From an uncultured candidate division Zixibacteria bacterium (lineage in GTDB: Bacteria; Zixibacteria; MSB-5A5; RBG-16-43-9): a DNA stretch of 64,000 nucleotides. The position numbers and the translations under genes are program-made. The notes under the pieces are model-generated. The model made no database searches and was not told where the DNA came from. It saw nothing but the letters and a program-made list of their open reading frames with translations. The stretch covers positions 1,664,001 to 1,728,000 of the forward strand of contig OY970208.1 of the NCBI GenBank assembly GCA_963713865.1. Direction: 5' to 3'. This document shows positions 13,434-23,923 of the stretch, in pieces; within the stretch, counting starts at the first letter, position 1, and every line of letters starts with the position of its first letter.

Positions 13434-14276
13434 ATGCTTAAACTTGATGACAAAGAAGTCTATTCTATAGTGGATAATTCCTTTAAGATCGATGGTGGGG
13501 CGATGTTCGGAGTGGTTCCTAAAATTATCTGGGAAAGGTTAATGGTTCCGGATGAGTCAAACAGGATAACTTTAGACTTAAATCTTCTACTAGTTAAATC
13601 AGAAAATAAAAACATCCTGGTCGATAGCGGAATTGGTGATACTCTGAATGAAAAACAGAAGAAGATATATGGAGTGGAAAAAGAGTCTAATCTTGAAAAA
13701 GCTCTTTTCGAGATAGGGTTAAAACCTGAGGATATTGATCTGGTTATTCTTTCTCATCTTCATTTAGACCACGCAGGAGGGATTGTTAAATTTAATTCTC
13801 AAGGTGAGAAGGTTCCCCGTTTTCCAAAAGCGAAACATGTGATTCAAACCGAAGAATGGAAATATGCGCTTCATCCGGACGAGAGGACTAAAGCAACTTA
13901 TATGGTGGAGAATTTTCAGGTTCTGGATGAATACGGGTTGATAGAGTTAGTGAAAGGAGATAGGGAGATTGTGCCGGGGATAAGGGTGAAATTAACCGGA
14001 GGACATACAAAAGGACAGCAGGTGGTTTTTATCCAGGGAGGGGATAAAACGATTCTTTATCCTGGAGATATAATTCCTACTATTTCTCATCTTAGAATCC
14101 CTTATGTAGCCGGTGTAGATATTTATCCCTTAGAGGTTATGGAAGTCAAAAAGAAGTTGATTCAGGATTGTCTGGAATATAACTGGATGATTGCTTTTGA
14201 CCATGAGATCGAGACCAAGCTCAGTCATTTAGAAAAAATGAATGACAAGATAGAAATTAAAAAAGTTCCAATTTAG
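13434..14276 (+). CDS. MBL-fold metallohydrolase, YtnP-like
   Basis: [12 protein letters not shown]-terminal signature, [15 protein letters not shown] motifs. Confidence 0.88.
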   Translation: MLKLDDKEVYSIVDNSFKIDGGAMFGVVPKIIWERLMVPDESNRITLDLNLLLVKSENKNILVDSGIGDTLNEKQKKIYGVEKESNLEKALFEIGLKPEDIDLVILSHLHLDHAGGIVKFNSQGEKVPRFPKAKHVIQTEEWKYALHPDERTKATYMVENFQVLDEYGLIELVKGDREIVPGIRVKLTGGHTKGQQVVFIQGGDKTILYPGDIIPTISHLRIPYVAGVDIYPLEVMEVKKKLIQDCLEYNWMIAFDHEIETKLSHLEKMNDKIEIKKVPI

Positions 14277-14290
14277 AAAAAAGGTGTTTT

Positions 14291-15841
14291 ATGTCCTTAG
14301 AGAAAAAATTAGAAGAGTTAAAGAAGAAAAGAGCAGAAGCGAAATTAGGCGGAGGTCCCAAAAGGATAGAGGAACAGCATAAAAAGGGGAAATTAACTGC
14401 CAGGGAGAGATTGGACCTGCTTTTAGATGATGGTAGTTTTGAGGAATTCGATATGTTTGTTTTGCACCGCTGTACAGATTTTGGTCTGGATAAACAAAGG
14501 ATTTTCGGTGATGCGGTAGTCACCGGATACGGAACCATCGAAGGTAGATTGGTCTTTGTCTTCTCTCAGGATTTCACCACCTTTGGCGGGTCTTTATCCG
14601 AAGCCCATTCAGAGAAAATCTGCAAGATTATGGATTTAGCAATGAAAATTGGTGCTCCGGTTATAGGTTTGAACGACTCCGGGGGTGCCAGGATTCAGGA
14701 GGGGGTGGTGAGTTTAGGGGCTTATGCCAATATATTTTTAAAAAACACCTTAGCTTCAGGCGTGATTCCGCAGATCTCGGTAATACTGGGTCCCTGCGCC
14801 GGAGGTGCTGTCTATTCGCCAGCGATTACTGATTTTACCTTGATGGTCAAAGGGACAAGTTATATGTTTGTTACCGGACCTTCAGTGGTTAAGACGGTTA
14901 CGCATGAAGAGGTAAGTTACGATGAGTTAGGTGGTGCTCTGGTTCATTCAACCAAGAGCGGGGTGGCTCATTTTGCCTGTGAAAATGAAGCAGAGACTCT
15001 TCTTATAACCCGGAAGCTTTTTAATTTCATTCCTCTGAACAATATGGAAGACCCTCCGGATAAGAAATGCACTGACCCAGTTGAGCGAATGGATGAAGAG
15101 TTAAATTTCGTTGTTCCAGAGGAACCGGCCAAGCCTTATGATATGAAAGATGTGATAAAAAGGGTAGTGGATGATGGCGATTTCCTTGAGGTTCATAAAG
15201 ACTATGCTCAGAATTTAGTGGTGGGGTTTGCGCGAATGGGTGGTAAATCCGTAGGGATTGTGGGTAATCAACCAGCGGTCTTAGCCGGGGTTTTAGATAT
15301 AGATTCTGCTATTAAAGGAGCAAGGTTTGTCAGGTTCTGTGATGCTTTTAACATACCTTTAGTGGTATTTGAAGATGTACCAGGATTTCTGCCTGGCACT
15401 GCTCAGGAGTTTGGCGGGATAATAAAACACGGAGCAAAACTACTTTATGCTTTCTGTGAGGCAACAGTTCCCAAGGTAACGGTTATTACACGCAAAGCTT
15501 ATGGGGGGGCTTATGATGTTATGAACTCCAAACACGTGAGAGGGGATATAAACTATGGCTGGCCCACTGCGGAGATAGCGGTGATGGGCCCCAAAGGGGC
15601 GGTGGAGATTATATTTAAAAAAGAGATCGCTGAATCTCCTGATCGGGAAAAGGCAACTGAAGAGAAGCTTAAAGAGTTCATTGAAAAATTTGCCAACCCC
15701 TATATCGCGGCTGAAAGAGGGTATTTAGATGATGTGATTGAGCCCAAAGAGACCAGACCAAGATTAATCAAGGCTTTGTCGATGCTGGAGACGAAGAAAG
15801 ATTCTAATCCGCCGAAAAAGCACGGGAATATACCGTTGTAA
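14291..15841 (+). CDS. pccB: Acyl-CoA carboxylase carboxyltransferase (PccB / methylmalonyl-CoA decarboxylase alpha type)
   Basis: [39 protein letters not shown]-terminal KKHGNIPL. Confidence 0.9.
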   Translation: MSLEKKLEELKKKRAEAKLGGGPKRIEEQHKKGKLTARERLDLLLDDGSFEEFDMFVLHRCTDFGLDKQRIFGDAVVTGYGTIEGRLVFVFSQDFTTFGGSLSEAHSEKICKIMDLAMKIGAPVIGLNDSGGARIQEGVVSLGAYANIFLKNTLASGVIPQISVILGPCAGGAVYSPAITDFTLMVKGTSYMFVTGPSVVKTVTHEEVSYDELGGALVHSTKSGVAHFACENEAETLLITRKLFNFIPLNNMEDPPDKKCTDPVERMDEELNFVVPEEPAKPYDMKDVIKRVVDDGDFLEVHKDYAQNLVVGFARMGGKSVGIVGNQPAVLAGVLDIDSAIKGARFVRFCDAFNIPLVVFEDVPGFLPGTAQEFGGIIKHGAKLLYAFCEATVPKVTVITRKAYGGAYDVMNSKHVRGDINYGWPTAEIAVMGPKGAVEIIFKKEIAESPDREKATEEKLKEFIEKFANPYIAAERGYLDDVIEPKETRPRLIKALSMLETKKDSNPPKKHGNIPL

Positions 15842-15900
15842 AAACAGTTTGGAGTTTGTTCGTTTGTTAGTTTGGAGATCTGGCGTTGAACTAGAAAGGT

Positions 15901-15996
15901 TGTCATTCTGAGCCCGTAGGGCGAAGAATCTATATAAGACTCAAAGTTGACAGATTCTTCGGTCGTCTCGCCAAAGCGGACTCCCTCAGAATGACA
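15901..15996. repeat. TGTCATTCTGAG...CTCAGAATGACA palindromic element, copy 1
   Basis: Terminal inverted repeat plus internal GAAGAATCT/AGATTCTTC; near-identical to 43188-43255. Confidence 0.85.
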
Positions 15997-16023
15997 AAAA
16001 AAGAAAACCACGAAACCAATACT

Positions 16024-17550
16024 ATGTTCAAAAAAATTCTCATAGCTAACCGTGGAGAAATTGCGGTCAGGATTATCCGTGCTTGCAGGGAGCTTGGGAT
16101 AAAGGCAGTTGCGGTTTTCTCTGAGATCGATCGGAAGGGTCTGCACGTTAGAATGGCAGATGAAGCTTATTTTATCGGACCCTCACCTTCAGTTGCCAGT
16201 TACCTTAATATGGAAAAATTGATTGAAGTAGCTAAAAAAGCTAATTGTGAAGGGATTCATCCAGGATATGGATTTTTGGCTGAGAACCCTGTGTTTGCCC
16301 GATTAGTTGAAAAAGAGGGATTGGTTTTCATCGGTCCGCCTGACTCTGCCATTAAGCTTTTAGGGGATAAGATGGCTGCCAGAAAAACGATGAAAAAAGC
16401 CGGGATCGAAGTTGTTCCCGGAACTGAAGAGCCTTTGGAAACTGAAAAGCAGGGGCTTTCTATTGCTCAAAAAATAGGTTTCCCGATTTTAATTAAAGCG
16501 GCTGGTGGTGGAGGGGGAAAAGGGATGAGGATTGTCAGAAATGAAAAAGATTTGAAAGAGGCCATGAGAGCTTGCTCCTCTGAAGCTAAATCCGCTTTCG
16601 CGGATGCCAGGATCTATATAGAGAAATATTTAGAAAAACCCAGGCACATCGAGATTCAGATATTAGGTGATAAATTCGGGAATGTTATTTATTTAGGGGA
16701 GAGAGAGTGCTCAATTCAGAGAAGACACCAGAAGGTGATTGAGGAATCACCATCACCGATTGTAGATGAGATTATGCGAAAGAAAATGGGTGAGACGGCG
16801 GTCAAAGCAGCCAAAACTGCAGGATATAACAATGCTGGCACGATGGAGTTTTTAGTTGACTCGGACAAAAACTTCTATTTTTTGGAGGCTAATACCAGAC
16901 TTCAGGTAGAACATCCGGTTACAGAGATGGTTACCGGGATAGACATAGCCAAGGAACAGATGAAGATTGCCTCTGGTTTGCCTTTAAGCTATAAGCAGGA
17001 GGATATATCCTGGAGAGGGAACTCAATAGAATGTAGAATTTATGCAGAAGACCCGGAAAACAATTTTCTGCCTTCAACCGGTAAGGTTTCATATTATGAA
17101 GAGCCAGCCGGTCCAGGGATCAGGGTTGACTCTGGTTTATATGAAGGGTGCGAAGTTCCAATCTATTATGACCCGATAATAGGTAAATTAATCACCTGGG
17201 GTAAAAATCGGGAGGAAGCTATCCAAAGGATGAAAAGAGCTTTGTCTGAATATCATATTTCCGGTGTAGCTACCACCATACCTTTTCATATTCAGGTGAT
17301 GGAGAATGAAAAATTCAAGCAAGGAGAATTGTCTACTCATTTTATTGAAGAGGAGTTTAATCAAGACAGAAAAGCTCAACTCGAAGAAAATAGTTATAGA
17401 ATGGTGGCTTTGTTCTCGGCGTTGGCTGAATATCAAGATAAAAAAAGGATACAAGGGTTTAAGGGTTTAAGTGTTCAAGGAGAGAAGATAAAAGAAAGTC
17501 AGTGGAAGGTGGAGGGGAGAAGAAGAGGATTAAGAAAATTTAGGATTTAA
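16024..17550 (+). CDS. Biotin carboxylase subunit (propionyl-CoA carboxylase alpha-like)
   Basis: ANRGEIA, HPGYGFLAEN, GGGGKGMR, ERECSIQRRHQK, RLQVEHPVTE; the track start at 15991 lies inside a repeat, so ATG 16024 is used. Confidence 0.95.
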   Translation: MFKKILIANRGEIAVRIIRACRELGIKAVAVFSEIDRKGLHVRMADEAYFIGPSPSVASYLNMEKLIEVAKKANCEGIHPGYGFLAENPVFARLVEKEGLVFIGPPDSAIKLLGDKMAARKTMKKAGIEVVPGTEEPLETEKQGLSIAQKIGFPILIKAAGGGGGKGMRIVRNEKDLKEAMRACSSEAKSAFADARIYIEKYLEKPRHIEIQILGDKFGNVIYLGERECSIQRRHQKVIEESPSPIVDEIMRKKMGETAVKAAKTAGYNNAGTMEFLVDSDKNFYFLEANTRLQVEHPVTEMVTGIDIAKEQMKIASGLPLSYKQEDISWRGNSIECRIYAEDPENNFLPSTGKVSYYEEPAGPGIRVDSGLYEGCEVPIYYDPIIGKLITWGKNREEAIQRMKRALSEYHISGVATTIPFHIQVMENEKFKQGELSTHFIEEEFNQDRKAQLEENSYRMVALFSALAEYQDKKRIQGFKGLSVQGEKIKESQWKVEGRRRGLRKFRI

Positions 17551-17576
17551 GTATAAAGTAATACTTTAAAGCATAT

Positions 17577-18083
17577 ATGAAATACATTGCTAATATTGAA
17601 GATAAGAATTTTGAAGTTGATATAATCGAGACTGACGGTAAACTGATAACAAAGCTTGATGGTCAGCCTGTTGCGGTTGATTTTGTGCAAGTTAAACCAC
17701 CTAATCTTTTTTCATTTCTGGTGGATAATCAATCGTTTGATGTGGAGATAGTAAAAAATGCTGAAGGGTACTGGGTAAATTTTAATGGAAGAAGATATGA
17801 ATGTATTTTAGAGGATGAGAAAATTCAAAAGATAAAAGATATTGTCGGGTTTAAAAAAGAGATTTTACATGATAGAGAACTTAAATCTCCAATGCCTGGT
17901 TTAGTCGTTGCCATAGAAGTTAAAGAAGGGGAGATGGTGAAAACGGGGCAGGGAGTTGCCATAGTTGAGGCGATGAAGATGGAAAATGAGTTAAAGGCTA
18001 AATTTGATGGGAGAGTAAAAAAAGTCAGGGTGAAACCAGGACAAGCAGTGGAGAAAGATGAAGTGATGGTGGTATTTGAATAG
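17577..18083 (+). CDS. Biotin carboxyl carrier protein with BT-like N-terminal domain
   Basis: SPMPG and EAMKMEN biotinylation motif. Confidence 0.95.
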   Translation: MKYIANIEDKNFEVDIIETDGKLITKLDGQPVAVDFVQVKPPNLFSFLVDNQSFDVEIVKNAEGYWVNFNGRRYECILEDEKIQKIKDIVGFKKEILHDRELKSPMPGLVVAIEVKEGEMVKTGQGVAIVEAMKMENELKAKFDGRVKKVRVKPGQAVEKDEVMVVFE

Positions 18084-18129
18084 AAGAATTCAAAAGTTCA
18101 AAGGTTCAAGAGTTCAAGGGAGAAAAATC

Positions 18130-18155
18130 GTAGCGTTGCCACCCCTGTGGCAACG
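18130..18155. repeat. GTAG-headed REP-like hairpin
   Basis: GTAG-CGTTGCCAC-CCCT-GTGGCAACG. Confidence 0.7.
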
Positions 18156-18177
18156 AATGGACTGAAAGGAGGAAAAA

Positions 18178-18918
18178 ATGGCATTAAAATTTAAGTGCGG
18201 GAAGTGTGAAGAGGATATCATTACTAAATTTGTTAAAATCGGTGAGATCGCTCAATGTCGCAATTGTGGTGCTGAAACTATGGTACCGGAGAATGCTATA
18301 GAAGTAGATGAGGAACCAAAATACAAAACACCCACAGTCACTAGGCAGGATGCAGTTACAAAAGTAAAGGATAAAGTCAGACCGATTTGGGATGTGCTTT
18401 TACTGTCTATCATAACGCTCTCAATATATTTCTGGGTCTATCTCTTTAAAACGCTTCGAGAAATGAAAAATACCTTCACATTCGAGGCTCAAGAAATAAA
18501 CCCAGATAAAGTTAGACCTATTTTGATTACCTACCTGATAGTAACAATAATATGGGTTATTAGTGTTATAGCAATTAGCGTTTCCTTGGGGTTTTTAGTT
18601 TACATCTTTAAAACCTACGAATTTTATGTTTTGGAGATGATTGGTACTGTCATTTCTACAGCGCTTTTTGTTGCATTTTTTCTATCTTTTGTAAAGTTGA
18701 TCGAAGTGTGTCAAAAGAAAGGAGGAATGGTTCCTTTAAACAAATCCATTTTCTGGACAGTAATTGCGATATCTGCAGTAATCTCTTTTGTCTATATTGG
18801 CATTCCATCTTTATCACATCCCGTCCCGCTCGTCCTCGTGGATATGGTTGTAAGCCTGGTCTTAATTTACCTAATAGTAAAACAAGTTAATAGAATCTGG
18901 GAAGAATCACACTTGTAG
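18178..18918 (+). CDS. Zinc-ribbon membrane protein (DUF4234-like)
   Basis: AAAGGAGG RBS; CGKC...CRNC at the N-terminus; LLSIITLSIYFWVY and about 5 hydrophobic segments. Confidence 0.7.
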   Translation: MALKFKCGKCEEDIITKFVKIGEIAQCRNCGAETMVPENAIEVDEEPKYKTPTVTRQDAVTKVKDKVRPIWDVLLLSIITLSIYFWVYLFKTLREMKNTFTFEAQEINPDKVRPILITYLIVTIIWVISVIAISVSLGFLVYIFKTYEFYVLEMIGTVISTALFVAFFLSFVKLIEVCQKKGGMVPLNKSIFWTVIAISAVISFVYIGIPSLSHPVPLVLVDMVVSLVLIYLIVKQVNRIWEESHL

Positions 18919-18920
18919 TA

Positions 18921-18986
18921 ATGACAATTAGGCTAAGAAATCGTCAAATAGTGGAAAGGGATGAGATGCTGATAGTATTTGAGTAA
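18921..18986 (+). pseudogene. 21-codon relic homologous to the C-terminus of the upstream biotin carrier gene
   Basis: MTIRLRNRQIVERDEMLIVFE* aligns with KKVRVKPGQAVEKDEVMVVFE*. Confidence 0.6.
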
Positions 18987-19111
18987 AAAGACGTTATTGC
19001 TAGTGGTGTCAGGAGTTACCTCCTGACACCCATAAGACTATCAATGGATTTTTTAGCTACTTGCTCCAGGCTACGAGCTTAATGCTATAAAGAAATTTAA
19101 GAGGTAATTAA

Positions 19112-20710
19112 TTGACGAATGATAAACCAAAATTCTTCACCAGCTCTAATATTCCCATAAACGAGCTTTACACTCCGGAAGACCTTTCTGATTTCGATTA
19201 CACCAGTAACTTAAGCTATCCAGGGCAATATCCTTTCACCCGTGGGGTGCAGAAAGATATGTATCGAGGTCGATTGTGGACGATGAGGCAGTATGCTGGC
19301 TTTGGGACTGCTCCGGAGACTAATAAAAGGTTTAAATATCTTTTAGAACAAGGGCAGACTGGACTATCTGTGGCTTTTGACCTGCCTACCCAGATAGGTT
19401 ATGATTCTGACCATTCTTTATCTTCAGGTGAGGTAGGAAAGACCGGGGTAGCAATCGATACGCTTAAGGATATGGAAATACTTTTTGATGGAATTCCATT
19501 GGATAAAGTCAGCACCTCAATGACCATCAATGCTACAGCTTCAATCCTTTTAGCGATGTACGTGGCTTTAGCTAAAAAGCAAAATGTCCCCCTAAATCTA
19601 CTCTCCGGCACGATTCAAAATGATATTTTAAAAGAATATATTGCCAGAGGAACATACATCTTTCCCCCTTGCCCTTCGATGAGACTAACTACTGACATTT
19701 TTAAATACTCCAGTGAAAATCTTCCAAAATTTAATCCAATAAGTGTTAGCGGTTATCATATTAGAGAGGCTGGGGCAACTGCAGTTCAGGAGGTTGCTTT
19801 TACATTGGCTAACGGCATAACCTATGTGCAGGAGGCGATAAATTCCGGGCTGGAAGTGAATGATTTCGCTAAACGGGTTTCATTTTTCCTGAATTCTCAC
19901 AGTAATTTCTTTGAGGAGATAGCCAAGTTCAGAGCCACCAGGAGACTCTGGGCGAAAATCATAAAAGAGAGATTCGGGGCAGAAGAAGATGCATGTAAAT
20001 TAAGATTTCATACTCAGACTGCAGGAGGTACCCTTACTGCCCAGCAGCCTGAAAATAATATAATCAGAGTTGCCCTGCAGGCACTTTCCTCAATCCTGGG
20101 AGGGACTCAGTCTTTACATACTAATTCTATGGATGAGGCCTTAAGCCTTCCCTCAGAAAAAGCGGCCGAGATAGCTTTGAGAACACAGCAGATTATTGCC
20201 TATGAGAGCGGGGTTACTGATACGGTTGACCCCTTAGCTGGAGCTTATTTTATTGAAGCTTTGACCAATAGATTAGAGGATGAGGTGAGAAAATATATAG
20301 ATTATATTGTAAAGAATGGTGGTGCATTATGGGCGGTCGAATCTGGATATTATCAGAAGGAAATTCAGAAAAGCGCTTATGAATATCAAAAGATGATAGA
20401 ATCAAAAGAGAAAATTATTGTAGGGGTGAACAAATTTGAGACTGAAGTTGAAAAAGAAAAAAGAAAAAAGATTTTTAAGGTAAGTAAAAAGGGAACATTG
20501 GATCAGATTAAAAGATTAAAAGAAGTAAAAGAAAAAAGAGATAAAGAAAAGGTGAAATTTTCGCTGGATGAATTGAGAAACAAAATCAATACGGATGAGA
20601 ATCTTATGTATCCGATTATCCAGTGCGTAGAAGCTTATGTCTCAATTGGCGAGATATGTGAGGTATTAAAAAGCGTTTGGGGAGAGTATGAACAAAAAGT
20701 GATAATCTAA
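19112..20710 (+). CDS. Methylmalonyl-CoA mutase large (substrate-binding) subunit
   Basis: [10 protein letters not shown] (Tyr) and KEYIARGTY (Arg) carboxylate-binding residues; no B12 domain; TTG start with GAGGT RBS. Confidence 0.9.
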   Translation: MTNDKPKFFTSSNIPINELYTPEDLSDFDYTSNLSYPGQYPFTRGVQKDMYRGRLWTMRQYAGFGTAPETNKRFKYLLEQGQTGLSVAFDLPTQIGYDSDHSLSSGEVGKTGVAIDTLKDMEILFDGIPLDKVSTSMTINATASILLAMYVALAKKQNVPLNLLSGTIQNDILKEYIARGTYIFPPCPSMRLTTDIFKYSSENLPKFNPISVSGYHIREAGATAVQEVAFTLANGITYVQEAINSGLEVNDFAKRVSFFLNSHSNFFEEIAKFRATRRLWAKIIKERFGAEEDACKLRFHTQTAGGTLTAQQPENNIIRVALQALSSILGGTQSLHTNSMDEALSLPSEKAAEIALRTQQIIAYESGVTDTVDPLAGAYFIEALTNRLEDEVRKYIDYIVKNGGALWAVESGYYQKEIQKSAYEYQKMIESKEKIIVGVNKFETEVEKEKRKKIFKVSKKGTLDQIKRLKEVKEKRDKEKVKFSLDELRNKINTDENLMYPIIQCVEAYVSIGEICEVLKSVWGEYEQKVII

Positions 20711-20742
20711 AATACGTGTGAAGGATTAGATGATTGGAGATT

Positions 20743-20833
20743 TTAGCGCGAGGCCGTCAAGGTCTTGAGACTTTCAGCCTCGCAATGCGACCATGTCCTA
20801 CGGATCCGTTATTAGGAAAAGGGTTGCGCTACG
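20743..20833. repeat. REP-like element with nested insertions
   Basis: Reverse complement matches 40160-40210 and 44903-44985 (GTAGCGC.ACCCTTTT...GAGGCTGAAAGTCTC...GCGCTA). Confidence 0.75.
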
Positions 20834-20847
20834 AAAGGTCAAAAATT

Positions 20848-21246
20848 ATGAAAATAGAAAAAATCGAACATGTCGGGATTGCAGTAAAAAGTATAGATGA
20901 TGCTGCTAAGTTCTATGAGGGTATCCTGAATCTCAAGTTAACAGATAAAATCGAGGTTCCTCAGAGAAAAATCAGAATTGCTTTTGTGCAGGTATCTGAA
21001 ACTAAATTAGAGCTTTTAGAGTCTATGGAGGAAGGGAGTGTTATTGATAAATTCATTCAGAAAAAGGGAGAAGGGATTCATCATATTTGCTTTGAGGTGG
21101 AGGGATTTGATGAAGTTGTAGATGAGCTAAAGTCGAAAAAGGTTGAATTGGTAGACGAACCCCGAATAGGTGCAGAAGGGAAGAAAATCGTTTTCCTTCA
21201 GCCTAAAAATGCTTTCGGGGTTTTGATTGAGTTGAAGGAGAAGTAG
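20848..21246 (+). CDS. mce: Methylmalonyl-CoA epimerase
   Basis: VOC fold HVGIAV, ELLE, GEGIHHICFEV, GVLIEL; the track N-terminal extension is repeat DNA. Confidence 0.93.
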   Translation: MKIEKIEHVGIAVKSIDDAAKFYEGILNLKLTDKIEVPQRKIRIAFVQVSETKLELLESMEEGSVIDKFIQKKGEGIHHICFEVEGFDEVVDELKSKKVELVDEPRIGAEGKKIVFLQPKNAFGVLIELKEK

Positions 21247-21358
21247 TATAGCTGATTAGATGGATTAAGCAGATGGACTAAATAGCAGATTGTAGAACAT
21301 TCGCCCGACACAAAGGTCGGGCACTGCGAATAAAGAAAGATAAAAAGAGAGGAACAAT

Positions 21359-22432
21359 ATGGGTCTTTTTGAGATGATGGAGGAGAAAGGGCACGAGCAG
21401 CTGATATTCTGCTATAATCAGCCCACTCAGCTAAAAGCCATAATCGCCATTCACGATACTACCCTGGGAAAAGCTGTGGGTGGTTGCAGGCTCTGGAAAT
21501 ATAATACAGAGACAGAGGCGATTACGGATGCTTTGATTTTGTCTGAAATTATGACTTATCAATCTGCTATCTCGGATTGCGATACCGGCGGGGGCAAAGT
21601 AGTTTTGTGGCATGATTTTGAAGAAGAGGCAGATGAGGCTTATTATCGTGCTTTAGGAAGGTATATCGAGGGGCTAAAAGGAAGGATCGTGACCTATCCA
21701 GATTTAGGCACTGATACTCAGGAGATGAAATATATAAGAAGAGAAACCGAGCATGTCCTTTTTTATGAAACCTCCTCAGGCTTAAGAGCAGAAAGCTCAG
21801 AGCTTACCGCTTACGGTGTTTACTGGGGGATGAAAGCCTGCGTTAAAGAGCTTTATGGTATATCCTCTTTAGATGGGCTTACTGTGGCAATTCAAGGAGT
21901 AGGGAGTGTAGGTCGAATACTGGCTGATTATCTCAAGGAAGAAAAAGTAAAGCTTATCGTTACTGATTTGAACTACGATTCTATCAAAAAAGTTCAGGAT
22001 AAATTTCCGGATACAGTGATTACACACCCGGATAAAATCTTAAACTGCGAGTGCGATGTTTTTTCACCCTGTGCCTTGGGTCCGGTATTCACCAAACGTA
22101 ATATAGATACACTTCGTTGTAAAATCATTGCTGGAGGAGCTTATAATATTTTAGAAGAGGTTTCATTGGCTGAGGAACTATTTAAACGAGGGATTCTGTA
22201 TGCTCCGGACTTTGTGATAAACAGTGGTGAGCTTTTTATGACTGCGGATGCTTTAAAGATATTATCCAAAGATGAAGCTTTAGCCTCAGCTAAAAAGATC
22301 TATGATATAATGGCAAAAGTACTGGCTATATCCAGAAGAGGGAATATCTCCCCTTATAAAGCTGCTTACCAGTTGGCAAAAGAAAGGATAAAAAAAGTAG
22401 GGGATATAAAGAATATTTTATGTTGTATTTAA
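21359..22432 (+). CDS. Leu/Phe/Val dehydrogenase-family protein with altered carboxylate site
   Basis: AIHDTTLG, GGCR, MTYQ, GGGK, QGVGSVG, FSPCALG, YAPDFVIN. Confidence 0.85.
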   Translation: MGLFEMMEEKGHEQLIFCYNQPTQLKAIIAIHDTTLGKAVGGCRLWKYNTETEAITDALILSEIMTYQSAISDCDTGGGKVVLWHDFEEEADEAYYRALGRYIEGLKGRIVTYPDLGTDTQEMKYIRRETEHVLFYETSSGLRAESSELTAYGVYWGMKACVKELYGISSLDGLTVAIQGVGSVGRILADYLKEEKVKLIVTDLNYDSIKKVQDKFPDTVITHPDKILNCECDVFSPCALGPVFTKRNIDTLRCKIIAGGAYNILEEVSLAEELFKRGILYAPDFVINSGELFMTADALKILSKDEALASAKKIYDIMAKVLAISRRGNISPYKAAYQLAKERIKKVGDIKNILCCI

Positions 22433-22545
22433 AAAATATAGTTCAAGGGTTTAAGGATTCAAGGGTAAGAAAAATTAAGAAGAAAGAAAATCAAATTGTT
22501 AATAGTTAGTTTCGATATCAAAGAAATAAAAGGACAAATAAAATT

Positions 22546-23638
22546 ATGAATAAGAAAAATAGTTTCAGGATTTTGGTGATTAACCCGGGATCGACCTCTA
22601 CCAAGGTCTCAATTTTTGAAGATGAAAAGGAGCTTTTTGGAAAAGCAATCTCCCATAGCAAATTAGAACTGGAACCATTTAAAAGGGTTCTGGGATCAAT
22701 ATGAGTTCAGAAAGAAGCTGATTAAAGACTTATTGGAAGTGTATGAGATTAAGCCAGAAACTCTTTCGGCAGTAGTAGGTAGAGGTGGACTTTTCAGGCC
22801 AGTGGTTGGTGGAACTTATCTGGTAAATGAACTGATGATCGAGGATGGTAGAAATGCTTTTGGAGGAGAGCATGCGGCTAATTTAGGTGCAGTTTTAGCT
22901 TTTGGGCTTGGCTGGGATTATCATATACCCGCTTTCATTGTGGATCCACCCTCTGTGGATGAATTCGAAGAATACTCCCGCTATTCAGGTTTGCCGGAGT
23001 TTCCCAGGAAAAGTCTTTTTCACGCACTAAACGTAAAAGCCACAGCCCGATTAGCCGCAAACGATTTGAAGAAAAAGTTAGAGGAGACAAATCTGATTGT
23101 GGCTCATTTGGGAGGTGGGATTACCGCAGCGGCTTTGAGAAAGGGAAGAGCAATTGATGTTAATAATGGCTTGCATAGTGGTCCGTTTACACCGGAAAGG
23201 TCTGGAACTTTACCGATGTTTGATTTTGCGGAATGGTGTTTTTCCGGGAAAGTGATTTTAGAACAGGTGAAAAAAAGGATGGTGGGTGGTGGTGGCCTGG
23301 TGGCTTATTTAGGGACAAACGATGCTAAAGAGGTGGAAAAAAGAATTAAACAAGGGGATAAAAAGGCTGAAGCTGTCTATAATGCAATGATCTATCAGAT
23401 TGCCTGTGAAATTGGTGCCAGAACTGTAGCCCTCAAGGGTAAGGTGGATGCTATCGTTTTAACCGGAGGATTGGCTTACTCGGATATGGTGGTTGAGAAG
23501 TTGAGAGAATATGTAGGTTTTGTTGCTAAGATATTAGTCTATCCAGGACAGGATGAGATGAAGGCTTTGGCTTTAGGTGCTCTCAGGGTGTTAAGAGGGG
23601 AGGAGGAGGCAAAGACCTATCCGGAGGTGGTCAAATAA
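22546..23638 (+). CDS. buk: Butyrate (branched-chain acyl) kinase; one frameshift at ~22692
   Basis: INPGSTSTK in the frame from ATG 22546; VGRGG, HAANLG, HALN, HLGGG, GPFTPERSG and LTGG in the second frame. Confidence 0.9.
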
Positions 23639-23762
23639 AAAACGTTCAAAAGCTCAAAAGTTCAAATGTTCAAAGGTAAAAAAAGAAGTGATGTTGGAAT
23701 GCTTAGGTTGGTTCGGGAATTGTCGTTCAGATTTTCTAGGGTGAGAATTCCTGAACCAGAAA

Positions 23763-23876
23763 CGTAACGTCCGACAATCCTGTCGGACGTTATTATTTTT
23801 GTAGCGGATCCGCCTTTGGCGGACAGGTTTCCATCTTCCTTTAACAAGAGAATGGAAGGCTGAAGCCTTCCGCTAC
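23763..23876. repeat. Cluster of REP-like hairpins between convergent gene blocks
   Basis: CGTCCGACA..TGTCGGACG; GTAGCGGA with nested TCCGCCTTTGGCGGA; GGAAGGCTGAAGCCTTCCGCTAC. Confidence 0.7.
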
Positions 23877-23923
23877 ACAAATCGGACTTGTCTGCTCATT
23901 ACACTCATACAAGAATGTCTGAG

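Noticed and set aside
15991-16023. N-terminal extension of the biotin carboxylase (likewise 20734-20847 for mce and 29964-29978 for the four-helix gene)
   Set aside because: The extensions derive from repeat elements; family homology starts at the downstream ATG.
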